A DNA stretch of 63,520 bases, counting the filler, from Stramenopiles sp. TOSAG23-3 (taxonomy: Eukaryota), in NCBI GenBank assembly GCA_900128585.1. It is 37 parts of 37 records of this genome, joined end to end, with 100 filler letters (N's around TTAATTAATTAA, not from the genome) between each part and the next. Parts side by side here need not be neighbours in the genome. Positions count along the whole stretch, not along the records: positions 12,116 to 13,741 come from LT645596.1; positions 13,842 to 15,465 come from LT645597.1; positions 15,566 to 17,188 come from LT645598.1; positions 17,289 to 18,910 come from LT645599.1; positions 19,011 to 20,632 come from LT645600.1; positions 20,733 to 22,354 come from LT645601.1; 31 more parts are not named here. One strand, written 5' to 3'. The notes under the pieces were generated by a model, which saw only the letters and a list, made by a program, of their open reading frames with translations, made no database searches and was not told where the DNA came from. This document shows positions 12,369 to 22,454 of this stretch, piece after piece. The position numbers and the translations under genes were made by a program. Every line of letters starts with the position of its first letter. Within the stretch, counting starts at the first letter, position 1.

Positions 12369-13445
12369 CTAAAGCTTACTCTGGCTCATTTTATTTAAAT
12401 TATCAACGATGTGAGATTCTTTGAACAGGTCGGGGAACACCTTTGAGACTTTGTGTGTGATATAGTCGCCGTACCGAACAGATTTGAGATCTGCTTCGTT
12501 GGCACGGAATTCAACTTCCCCGGCCGCATTCCGCAGGCTCACGTGGTCGTTGTTCTCCGCCAAAAAATCCGAGGTTACCTTCATGGGGGCTATAGAGGTG
12601 TTGAACGCTGGGTCAAAAAAGAAAGGCATCGACATCCTGTCCCGTCCAAGGGATGCCCTAACCCTGTGAGGGGTCGCGACGAAGTAATTCTTCGTCCACA
12701 GCTGAAGCATATCACCAATATTTACCACAAAGGTGCCTTCAATGGGCGGGGCAGGGAGCCAGCTGCCATCTCTAAGTTCCACCTCCAGGCCACCGACTTG
12801 GTCCTGCTTTAGTATTGTCAAGACCCCGTAGTCCGTGTGCCGCCCCACCCCCATATTTCCAGAGCCTTTGGGGTATCGAAAAATACGAAACGGGGTAAAC
12901 GGGCGAGGATTACAGAAGCGTGTCTCAAAGAAGTCCGCTTCCAATCCAAGGGACAGGGCAATGCCGGCCATTAATTTCAATCCTAACTTTGTCAATTGGT
13001 CCAAGTACTCCAACACCAAGGCTCTCCATCTTCCTGCAGGTTCAGGGAATTGGTTGGGCCCGTGCATTGCCCAACCACGTCGTACCGGTGCCGAGTCAAC
13101 CGCGTACTCTTCCCCAAAATAGATCCCTTCTTTGTTGTCGGGCTTTCCCGACGTCAATTCGTCCCCAACGGGGAAAAAACCTTTCCAGTGCAGGCCGCTT
13201 TTTTTCATCGCAATCTTCATTTTCTCCCCGTGCGACTGTTTGAAAAATACCTCTGCCTCTTGCTCTAGTGCAGAGATCAAAGAGAGGTCAACCCCATGGC
13301 ATTTTATGTAAAAGAACCCAATGTGCTTGCACGCATCGTGGATGGATTGCACGCACTCCTTTACCCCAGGGTCGTCAACGACGATGATTTGTTTCCCTTG
13401 AAGCAAAGGGGACACGTCGATGACCGGTATCGTTTGTTTTGACAT
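12369..13445 (-). CDS. 2-oxoglutarate/Fe(II) dioxygenase, IPNS/DIOX_N family
   Basis: IPVIDVSPL, ACKHIGFFY, HTDYG..H..R.S facial triad and 2OG-binding motif, NIGDML. Confidence 0.95.
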   Translation of the reverse strand: MSKQTIPVIDVSPLLQGKQIIVVDDPGVKECVQSIHDACKHIGFFYIKCHGVDLSLISALEQEAEVFFKQSHGEKMKIAMKKSGLHWKGFFPVGDELTSGKPDNKEGIYFGEEYAVDSAPVRRGWAMHGPNQFPEPAGRWRALVLEYLDQLTKLGLKLMAGIALSLGLEADFFETRFCNPRPFTPFRIFRYPKGSGNMGVGRHTDYGVLTILKQDQVGGLEVELRDGSWLPAPPIEGTFVVNIGDMLQLWTKNYFVATPHRVRASLGRDRMSMPFFFDPAFNTSIAPMKVTSDFLAENNDHVSLRNAAGEVEFRANEADLKSVRYGDYITHKVSKVFPDLFKESHIVDNLNKMSQSKL

Positions 13446-13843
13446 CGATTTGTATGTATAGCTACGTATCCAATTCCGACGATTTAAAAATCGCGTTAGC
13501 TCTGTCTCTTTTGCTCAATCAGCTGAACGTTTTAAGAATTGCTTCGAACAGTTTTGTATGACAATTCAATCATCGGGCCCTTTTTGAGATTTTGAGCTTT
13601 CTTGGATTGGACGGACTGATGAGAAGAAGAAGAACGAAAGAAGAAAAAAAGAGAAGAAAACGAACAACAACAACAATAAAAAAAAAGAAAAAAAAAAGAA
13701 GAAGAAGAAAGAAGAAAGAAGAAGAAGAAGAGAAAAAAGGANNNNNNNNNNNNNNNNNNNNNNNNNNNNNNNNNNNNNNNNNNNNTTAATTAATTAANNN
13801 NNNNNNNNNNNNNNNNNNNNNNNNNNNNNNNNNNNNNNNNNGG

Positions 13844-15208
13844 GGGGAAGGGCCGCCGCCCCGAAGGCGGGCACAGGCTGCCCCCCAGGCCTGGCCTGGG
13901 AACAACACGAACGCCCCGGCCATCGAGACGCTGCTTGTACATATATCCTGCAAGGACGTCGACCGGTTCATCGCGGCGGACAACAGCACGTGGACCAGCG
14001 TCCTCAAGCGGCAGCCCGGGTTCGTTCGGAAGCTCACGGCGATCGACCCGGACGACACGGGCGCCAACTGCACCGTCTACAACCAGGTGTTCTGGTCTTC
14101 CCGCACGCTGTGGAAGTCCGTGCCCGATCCCGTCTTGAAGGAGACGGACAAGGCGTTCTCAAAGGCGTACGGGTCCCCGGTCCCCGTGCACCCGTACCCC
14201 CCGACGAACAGTTCGAACAACGGCCTGACGGTGTTGTTCAACACGAACGAGCCTTTGGGGGGGGTGTACCCGGTCGCGGAGCGGGGGCAAGCCATAGAAT
14301 TTTGCCGCTTCGTCATCGACTGCAGGGACATCGAGCGCTTCGTTGACGCGGACACCCACAGCTGGACCCCGTTTCTACAGAACCAGGCAGGCTTCATGGG
14401 AAAGACCATATCGACGTTTCCCACGCCCGTGGGGGTCAATGCGACGACTCGGCAGCCCCAGTGCGCCCTGTACACCCTGGTGCGGTGGGGTTCCACGCCC
14501 CTCTGGAAGCAGGTCTGCGGGGGCCCCGGCGGCGACAAGAAATGCAGGCAAGTGCAGGAGGTCTTCGAGACCATGTTCGGCTCGGCCCCCGCCTTGACCA
14601 GGATACCATCCGCGGACGGCCTGATCGTGCAGATGGGCGGCATCGCGCCGTTGGGCCCGCGCTTGATAGCTATCGGCGGGAACGACGTGGTCGCGTACTA
14701 TTCCTTGACGCGCGGGGAGCGGGACGTGAAGGGATCCCCGCTGTACCGGCGGTACTTGGATTCGGCCAAAATCCTGCCCCCGAGCCTGCTGTCGTACCAC
14801 CCGCAGCCCTACGAGTTCTGGTTTTCCACGAACGAAAACGCAGAGGCGTTCGAGAAGAGCCCGTGGATGTACATTCCGGCGAACGGCGGGCACTGCACGC
14901 ACGGGATCGCGTCGGGGGAGCCGTTCACCAGAGAGCTGATCGCCGATGGCCGGATCGGCTTTACCTGCATCAACACGACGGAGTGGTACGTCCTGAACGG
15001 GAGCCTGTACATGAACAGTTGCGGGATGTACTACGATTTCATAAAAGACCCCGAAGGAGACGCGCGAAAAAGTGCCAGCATTTGGAAGAAATGGTTCGGG
15101 GCAGAGCGAAACGTTGGTCCGATCAACGACGCATGCTTTCAGGACGGGCAGTTTTGGAACGGGAACCCTACCGGAGCGTTGATCCCAACGAACTGCGTGT
15201 TGCATTGA
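13844..15208 (+). CDS. Two tandem ABM-like (TIGR03792-like) domains fused to a YHS-like domain (5' partial; frame open from contig start)
   Basis: Repeated AIE..I.C.D..RF..AD..WT..L..Q.GF..K units; C-terminal GGNDVVAYY..FWFST.EN..F..SPW.YIPANGGHC. Confidence 0.65.
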   Translation, partial: GEGPPPRRRAQAAPQAWPGNNTNAPAIETLLVHISCKDVDRFIAADNSTWTSVLKRQPGFVRKLTAIDPDDTGANCTVYNQVFWSSRTLWKSVPDPVLKETDKAFSKAYGSPVPVHPYPPTNSSNNGLTVLFNTNEPLGGVYPVAERGQAIEFCRFVIDCRDIERFVDADTHSWTPFLQNQAGFMGKTISTFPTPVGVNATTRQPQCALYTLVRWGSTPLWKQVCGGPGGDKKCRQVQEVFETMFGSAPALTRIPSADGLIVQMGGIAPLGPRLIAIGGNDVVAYYSLTRGERDVKGSPLYRRYLDSAKILPPSLLSYHPQPYEFWFSTNENAEAFEKSPWMYIPANGGHCTHGIASGEPFTRELIADGRIGFTCINTTEWYVLNGSLYMNSCGMYYDFIKDPEGDARKSASIWKKWFGAERNVGPINDACFQDGQFWNGNPTGALIPTNCVLH

Positions 15209-15305
15209 AACCAAACAAACACATTAATAGGCATTACTCTTCAATAAATGCATAGAGATCTTAGAGAAGAGAGATTCATTTCTTTTGATCTTTCGTTTAG
15301 AAAAT

Positions 15306-15465
15306 AAAAAAACAAGAAAAATTGGCTGTTATTGCATGTTAACTACAGTAAAATTGGAATCTTGACCAGAACTTGGGGAGGATCTACAATAGGAGGAGAC
15401 ATTGTTCTTGAACTGACACCTTCTTTTTTTCTTTAATTTTAATTACTATAAAAAATAACAGCCAA
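15306..15465. mobile_element. MITE-like family A element with inverted termini
   Basis: AACAAGAAAAATTGGCTGTTAT...ATAACAGCCAA; internal part matches 5000-5095 in reverse. Confidence 0.7.
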
Positions 15466-15565
15466 NNNNNNNNNNNNNNNNNNNNNNNNNNNNNNNNNNN
15501 NNNNNNNNNTTAATTAATTAANNNNNNNNNNNNNNNNNNNNNNNNNNNNNNNNNNNNNNNNNNNN

Positions 15566-16564
15566 GCAGAACGGGACCTTCACCAGACAGGAGTCCCATG
15601 CCGGAAATTTATCTTTACACCCAGAGTCTATTTTTGAAATGGAGGCGAGTTGCACTACTGCGACGCTCAAAAAGAACAGCAGAAATCCCATGTTGAGCAC
15701 TGTAAAAATGTAACGCAGCCTGTTCGGAAAATTCTTTAATTGGGTGTTATACTTTTCGAAGTTGTGCGACAATTTAAAGATGCTTGTGCGCCTAGTGGTT
15801 CTTTCTTTCTGTTTCACCAATTTCGCCCGTTCCATGTCAATATTGAAATAATCTTCCCAAATGTCGTTCAATTTTGATAACAACGAGAGGGTTGGGTAAA
15901 TAGTTATGATATGCAGTTCGGTGATATCGACAGGTATCTTTAACAAAAACCATGTATATGAAAGCGGAAACGTCACACAAAACAGATCTGTGACGATGTC
16001 TAGTAATATCAGCCTACCCCGGATCTCTTGAGAAGATATGTGAAAGGTAGCCCAAATATTGGTCAACAACTCAATGGTCAAGACGGCGCACATAATCACC
16101 GATACGCGCACGGGCATCAGGCAAAGGTAAATTGTAGTCATGGAATAGACCTGTTGGGCATGCTCAAATGCTTCGGCAAAATAAAGCTTTGCAAGGTAAT
16201 ATTTTCCATTGACATCAAATATGCTGTTATAATGAGCAACTGCCGCGGCAGCAAAAAGTGGTAGCTTTCTCTCCTTTGTTTCTCTGTCTTTCTGGATAGC
16301 AATACATGTGCGAACAATAAACCAAACCACAAGCAAGCAGGAAAGTGTTCCAAGAGCAAAAAATACCCAAACACCTTCTCGGGTAAACAAAATTTCAAAA
16401 TAGGTGAACTCCAAAAACATATAAAACTGACCACAGGCTATCAACAGCACCATCGTAGAAACAAGGGTGCTTTCCCAACTGCACAAGACACGGCATGTTT
16501 GACGCCGAGTATGCGGTTCCGTGCCCGCCTCCACTTCAAACTTTTGGAGAGGGTTTTTCTGCAT
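15566..16564 (-). CDS. Multi-pass membrane hypothetical protein (3' partial)
   Basis: About 7 hydrophobic segments followed by a Cys-containing C..KVPFC segment. Confidence 0.7.
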
Positions 16565-17595
16565 TTTGCCGACACCTTGAAATGTTGTTTGCAAATACGA
16601 ACGTATTAATTTTTATCACCGAAATGACCACTGACCATCGCTAAAGTAGGACATTCCGGGGCTCTCTTTTCGGCCATTTGGTAGAACACTCCACAATTGT
16701 GAAGTTCGAGTACAGTAGTTGACCGCACGAGGTTTTGTACGGTCGGGTATTAATAAATACCTGGGTTTTTTTTCTAGAAGAAGAGAGACGAACTACTACT
16801 AGTCTACAACAAAGAAGCAACAAAAAAGTTTTTGCGATATAATAATAATAAAATTATTATTCAATGTTTTTTTTTGTACTTGTAATGCCAATGTCCTATT
16901 ATATACGAGGATATAAAGGCGTATAGTGAAAATAAAATAGAACGTTTGTTGGTTAAAATAATTAGTTGTTTCGTCTTTTTAGGTGTTATTAGGTGTTATT
17001 TTGTGTAAGACTAATTCCCTCCTAGTTTTTTAATTAAAAAAAAGTTCACACACATTATACACACGCCTGTGGACACAAAATCGGATATAAGTACAATATT
17101 TAAGTTAAGATATTTAAAATTTATGTCCAAGTAAAGTTTTACTTCCTTCATGTACTGCGAATTTATTTCTGCGCTCCTGATTAAAGAANNNNNNNNNNNN
17201 NNNNNNNNNNNNNNNNNNNNNNNNNNNNNNNNTTAATTAATTAANNNNNNNNNNNNNNNNNNNNNNNNNNNNNNNNNNNNNNNNNNNNCCCCCCCCGGCA
17301 CTAACCGTGCAAGTCACAATAATATTGAAGAACCTCCTGCTGCTGCTGCGGTGGAATATTTTTTTTTCTTCTTCTTTCTTCTTTTTTTTTCTCCTCTTCT
17401 TCTTCTCTTTCTTCCTCCTCTCCCTCCCGACAATATACTATTAATACTGATGTGCACATGTGCACACAATTAGTAGAAAGCAACTACTATGAGTATAAAT
17501 CTACTTGAAAAAGAGCAGAAAGTTTGCCGGTCAAGTACACTTAATACACTTTTGGTCACAGTTTCATTTTCGCGTGTTCGTTCTCTTCACCATCC

Positions 17596-17883
17596 ATGGC
17601 GTCGAAAACTTTTGTTATGACAAAACAGGGTGGCGGCTGATCGGGAATGTTTTGGAGGAACCCGAAAGGTTCGCCTGCGCGGGGGGATTGGCCGAAGTGC
17701 AATGCAAGCCTGAGGGGCGAATTAGTTGACATGGGGAGGATTATAGACGAAGCAAAGACGAATGAATGGCTTCACGTGTTTGAAATAAAGCAACCCCGAG
17801 GGCAATGGAAGAAAGTGGACCCTGTCGGCTGTTGGATGCCTCTGAAAATTCAACAGTTTGTATTGGAAGAAGTGAGAGAGTAA
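17596..17883 (+). CDS. Putative selenoprotein, 95 aa, Sec (TGA) at codon 15 (17638-17640)
   Basis: ccatccATGGCG start; MASKTFVMTKQGGG-U-SG is in frame with ORF 17647-17883 (MFWRNPKG...WMPLKIQQFVLEEVRE*TAA); SECIS lies directly downstream. Confidence 0.8.
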
Positions 17884-17914
17884 AGAGTCTATGAATGGGG
17901 TTGAAAATCTCAAC

Positions 17915-17974
17915 GGCGGATGAATTTCTTCAGTGCAAACGGTCAAAACTCGATCACGCTGCAGAAATGACGCA
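17915..17974 (+). promoter_or_regulatory. Eukaryotic SECIS element, type II
   Basis: AUGAA (17920) / UGAC (17968) non-Watson-Crick core; helix UUUCU-U-CAGUG / CGCUG-C-AGAAA; unpaired AAA at 17937-17939; apical mini-helix GGUC/GAUC; GCG/CGC below the core. Confidence 0.82.
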
Positions 17975-18629
17975 ATTATATAAGTTGGGGTGTTTAATCC
18001 TTTCTATACCCTTCATACGTATGTATGTTACTTTTTCATCATACTAACAATTAAAAACGAACATTTGTTCTTCGAAGAATGTTCTTTTTTTTTTTTTCGT
18101 ACTAGTACTATACGGTGTTTTTTTTTTTATTATAATATTTGTTAATATATATAAGTACAGTAATGCGTAGTCTATAGTTTTAAATAATTAGACTATTATT
18201 TCTCTTTTGTCGTGTTGTTATTAGTTGTTGTTGTCGTCATCAACTTCTTCTTTCGTTCTTCTTATTCTTCTTTCTTCTCCTCCTCCTCCTCCTCTTTATT
18301 AAATAATTATTATTTATTATTTTTTTAAATAAAAAAAATATAAAAAATACAGCAGTAGACTAATATAATTAAATATAATAGTAGAAAAAAAGAGATATTA
18401 TACTACTACCAGTAGAAGAGAAAATTAAAAAAAATACTACTAAACCTTTGTTGTCTTTCTTGTCGGTATAATTAATACAACAATACACAAAGGATTTTCT
18501 ATATAATGAAAAACTAATCTGAAGACATCTTTAAGTAACATTTTACTGGATTCAATATTTTTTACAGGAAAGTTCTCTATTTATTTCATAGACTGTTTTA
18601 AAGTGCAAGGTACAATCACACACGCCATC

Positions 18630-18910
18630 ATGTGGAGCGCTGGTTCGTCCGTTGTGGTCCGTAGACTGTTTTCCTCGGCAGCATCTTCTGCCGGGCCACC
18701 CAAGCGGGTTTTAGTAGTTGGTGGGTGTGGTGCTATGGGCGAGGCCGTGCTAAATGCATTTCAAAAGAAAGACTGGGAAACATATTCATTGGACATCAAA
18801 CATTCAGAGATAGCAAATAAATCATACTCATTCGATCACGTGCAGGCAAAGGCTGACTATAGTGGGTCTGTGAAAGCCACGGTGGAAGCGATGGAGCAGG
18901 ACAAGGTTTC
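18630..18910 (+). CDS. Dihydropteridine reductase-like SDR (5' part)
   Basis: Transit-like peptide, then RVLVVGGCGAMGEAVLNAF..W...SLD, resembling the QDPR Rossmann N-terminus. Confidence 0.7.
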
Positions 18911-19010
18911 NNNNNNNNNNNNNNNNNNNNNNNNNNNNNNNNNNNNNNNNNNNNTTAATTAATTAANNNNNNNNNNNNNNNNNNNNNNNNNNNNNNNNNN
19001 NNNNNNNNNN

Positions 19011-19442
19011 CACTTTGGGGTACCATTGCCGGATGAAGATTCGGAAAGCGTGCAGGAAGCGTGGGAAAATCGAAAAGTTGGCATGACTGGAGAAGACGAA
19101 GAACGCGCCAAACAAGTGGTAGGCAAACGGTCAAAGTTCAAAGCAGTGATGGAGAAGTACGGATGGCTGGCGCTAGGCCTTCACTCGACCGTGTATGCCA
19201 TGTCTTTGGCGGGATTCTTCTGTGGGATTGAAATGTTCGGGCTAGACGCTTCCACATACATGGAATCGTACGGGGTTTTGAAGAACCTACCCCCGGAAGC
19301 GGGGACGCTGGCAATTGCGTGGGCCATGAACTCAGCAATCACCGGGGTTCCACGGACTGCATTGACTGTTGTCGCCACGCCAGTTGTGGCCCAGATGTAT
19401 CCATCGTTGACTCAAAAGAATGATGGCGGCAGGGAGATCTGA
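19011..19442 (+). CDS. FAM210/DUF1279 family protein (5' partial)
   Basis: KYGWLALGLHSTVY..AGTLAIAWAMN..PRTALTV..TP. Confidence 0.75.
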   Translation, partial: HFGVPLPDEDSESVQEAWENRKVGMTGEDEERAKQVVGKRSKFKAVMEKYGWLALGLHSTVYAMSLAGFFCGIEMFGLDASTYMESYGVLKNLPPEAGTLAIAWAMNSAITGVPRTALTVVATPVVAQMYPSLTQKNDGGREI

Positions 19443-19860
19443 GGCTATTCGCATAGGATAGAATGGCGCATGATCCGGCATATAAATAAAACTTTAAAAA
19501 CGAAAAATTGGCTGTTATTTAAGTAATTCTTGTTTAAAAAAAAAAAAAATTATAATATATATAGAATTTATAATCGAGTTAGGATTAGGGTTGGATTTGA
19601 AGTAATATTTGATTTAAAATGAGAGTCTTAAAACATACTCTTGTTTATATATACCACGAAAGTTAATCTTCTCCTTTTGTCTCCCCGCCGTATTAAATCA
19701 AAGATGAATAGTATTAAAACAAAACAATTAATGATGCTGTGTTATTTTAAGATATTTTTTATCAAAATATGATATCTAAAAATTTACATACAAGAGAATT
19801 ATATACTTTCCATGCGAAGCGATGTATTTCTATGTTTATCTTTCTGGAGTAAATATTTAC

Positions 19861-20632
19861 TCACAGGGGTTTCTCTTTCAGCCTCCAAACCTTATCCCCC
19901 AAGGCCAGGAGCAAGTCCAGGAGACTTTGGATTCGTTTGTCACGGATGACCTTCAAAATGCCGGTTACCATGGCTGGTGCTATGGCATTTACCGCCCCAG
20001 GTGTTGGACCAAACGATACGAAAAGTATACCTGGTTTAAAACTTGCCAAACTCGCATCAATGGTCTTAAAGTCTTCTTTCCTTAGCACCGCTGCACTGTC
20101 TATTAACACGCACGCCTTGACCATATCACCACCGTCACCCTTGCCTTTTGTTTTACAAGACCGAAGAAATCGTAGAAACCTGCACCACGGCAAGCTCACG
20201 GTATTACCAGACCTTGAGATATCCACTGTCCCTTTCAGTTCCAGCTTCTCGTCATTCAGTATTGTCGTGCACCTAGCGTCTGTTTCGTACACCGATGAAA
20301 ACATTTGTACAAACGGGGCCATCTTGGCAAAATCTTGAATGCGGCCGGGAAAATTCAACGCTGCCTCTTCCACGTCGACGAACATGGACCACCATGTCAA
20401 CTTTCGCCTTGGCACCTTCTTTGATGCGTCTTCCTGCCTTTGGATTTCTTCGTCTGGCATTTTGTAGTGCTGGCGTAAAGTGCTGCTTGCGGCCTTGATG
20501 TTGCTCATTGTGATAACGTTTGCAGGGGATAGTTCCAACGAAAGCTCAGAAATTCGAAGGGAAAGCAGCATCGCGCTGCGCGCCTTCGCGGGCTTCCAAG
20601 AGTGCAAACCAGCCTCTTGGGCTGCATTCAAG
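19861..20632 (-). CDS. Hypothetical protein, 3' fragment
   Basis: 256-aa open frame from the contig end with coding-like composition. Confidence 0.6.
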
Positions 20633-21165
20633 NNNNNNNNNNNNNNNNNNNNNNNNNNNNNNNNNNNNNNNNNNNNTTAATTAATTAANNNNNNNNNNNN
20701 NNNNNNNNNNNNNNNNNNNNNNNNNNNNNNNNATTATTTCTTTGTGTTTTTCTTTTTCGAATTGAATTTCCTATCATCTTTTTTACGTATTAAAATACTA
20801 CGAATACGAGGTTTAGATAATAAGTGAAATAATTGCCAATAATACACCTCCTGCGTGCCTTCTTCTTTCTTTTGTCTATTATTATTATTAGTCTACTTAT
20901 TAATAATAACGGAAATAAATAATAATGGTTTTCTCACGTTTTCAAAAAAAAGAAGATGTATGTGAGAAAACCTACTTCTTCATATATTTAAAAAATCATA
21001 TATAGACTAATATACTTATAATTTTTTGTTCACTCAGATATTTTAGTTTAATATGTATTATCAGAACTTCAATTTAATCAAAATAGGGAGAGTCTCACCT
21101 TTTTTCAAAGAAACTACTTCCATTTATCCATTTCTTTCCAACGGATTGAATTCCTCGCTCAAGAC

Positions 21166-22239
21166 ATGGAAAAGGAAAACCAACGGGATGCCTTGCGGGC
21201 ATTTAAAGAGTTTGAAAAGAAGATGAACAGTGATACTCGATTGAAATCTATCACTGATCCCGAGAAGGTTAAAAAGGCCGTCGTATCTGGACCTGCAATG
21301 TTGCCCCTGGGAATCATGGAAGGCCCGGAGAACCAGCTCTTCCTGGGCACAAGCGAGCATGCGTTGGACGAGACCTTGTTGGCCCGGCTTGGCATGACGC
21401 ACGTTGTGAATTGTACAAAGGATGTACCGAACGAATTTGAAAAGAAGAATAGACAGGGGTTTCAGCTGTCCTACCACAGAGTACCCGTAGATGATATGGA
21501 AAATGAGCCCATCGATTTGTACTTTTCCAGCACCATCAATTTCATTGCAGCAGCAATCGACGAGAAACAATCGAACAAGGTCTTGGTTCATTGCGTCGCT
21601 GGTTTATCTAGGGCCGCTGCCATTGTCATTGCTTTCTTGGTCGCGCACAAAAAAATGGGGTTCAAAGCAGCGCATGATTTACTAAAAGGAAAACGGCAAC
21701 GGGTTCGACCAAACGTCGGTTTTGCCTTTCACTTGAGCAGGCTTGAAATGGAAACATCCGACAAATTGTCCTTTTCAGACGACGATATTCCACACTATTA
21801 TCTGGAAGGCAAAAGGCTGGAGCGCTTTGAAGCGGAAAACTTGCAAACAACAGTTTGCAAACTGAAGAACGGAATGATAAGATACATAAAGAGCAAACCT
21901 TTCCAAACGGATGAGCTGAGAAAGAAAATTTTCAACATGATCCGCCAGGCCCGCGACGAAGACTTTAACGATACACTTGGAGACGTGACCGTAGAGGTCC
22001 TTACAGAAGCCCCGAAAGAAGAGTCCAAACACCTGATGTCGTTTTTCAAGGATTGCGTGCAAGTCGGGGTCTTTGAAAAGCAGAGTCTTAAAGATGCATT
22101 CCATCAGCTCCAAGAAAACTATGACGTGTCTGATTTGGACTCCCTGTTCGGGCCCCATGTGAAATCAGAATTGAGAAAAGTGTTTAGCGTTGTGGGGGTC
22201 ACCTTTCAAAAGGTGGACGAGTTGGAGTTTAAAAAATAA
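21166..22239 (+). CDS. Dual-specificity protein phosphatase with C-terminal helical (MA3-like) extension
   Basis: THVVNCT, VLVHCVAGLSRA catalytic motif, RPNVGF. Confidence 0.92.
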   Translation: MEKENQRDALRAFKEFEKKMNSDTRLKSITDPEKVKKAVVSGPAMLPLGIMEGPENQLFLGTSEHALDETLLARLGMTHVVNCTKDVPNEFEKKNRQGFQLSYHRVPVDDMENEPIDLYFSSTINFIAAAIDEKQSNKVLVHCVAGLSRAAAIVIAFLVAHKKMGFKAAHDLLKGKRQRVRPNVGFAFHLSRLEMETSDKLSFSDDDIPHYYLEGKRLERFEAENLQTTVCKLKNGMIRYIKSKPFQTDELRKKIFNMIRQARDEDFNDTLGDVTVEVLTEAPKEESKHLMSFFKDCVQVGVFEKQSLKDAFHQLQENYDVSDLDSLFGPHVKSELRKVFSVVGVTFQKVDELEFKK

Positions 22240-22454
22240 AATAGAAACGCGCAAGAAATTAATGTTTAGCTTCTCATTTTAAAATGTTCTTTTAGTACTT
22301 TGTATTGACTACCTCGCGCGGCGCCACTTGCACTATTTAAGGAGTGGGCGATACNNNNNNNNNNNNNNNNNNNNNNNNNNNNNNNNNNNNNNNNNNNNTT
22401 AATTAATTAANNNNNNNNNNNNNNNNNNNNNNNNNNNNNNNNNNNNNNNNNNNN

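Noticed and set aside
17596-17883. Genome-wide TGA reassignment
   Set aside because: TGA terminates many genes in the window, Trp is TGG, and long conserved genes have no internal TGA
17891-17920. Second ATGA hairpin as an extra SECIS
   Set aside because: Only a 5-bp GTTGA/TCAAC stem; helix II cannot form next to the core
19578-19593. TTAGGG as a telomere
   Set aside because: Single units embedded in a dispersed repeat, not tandem arrays
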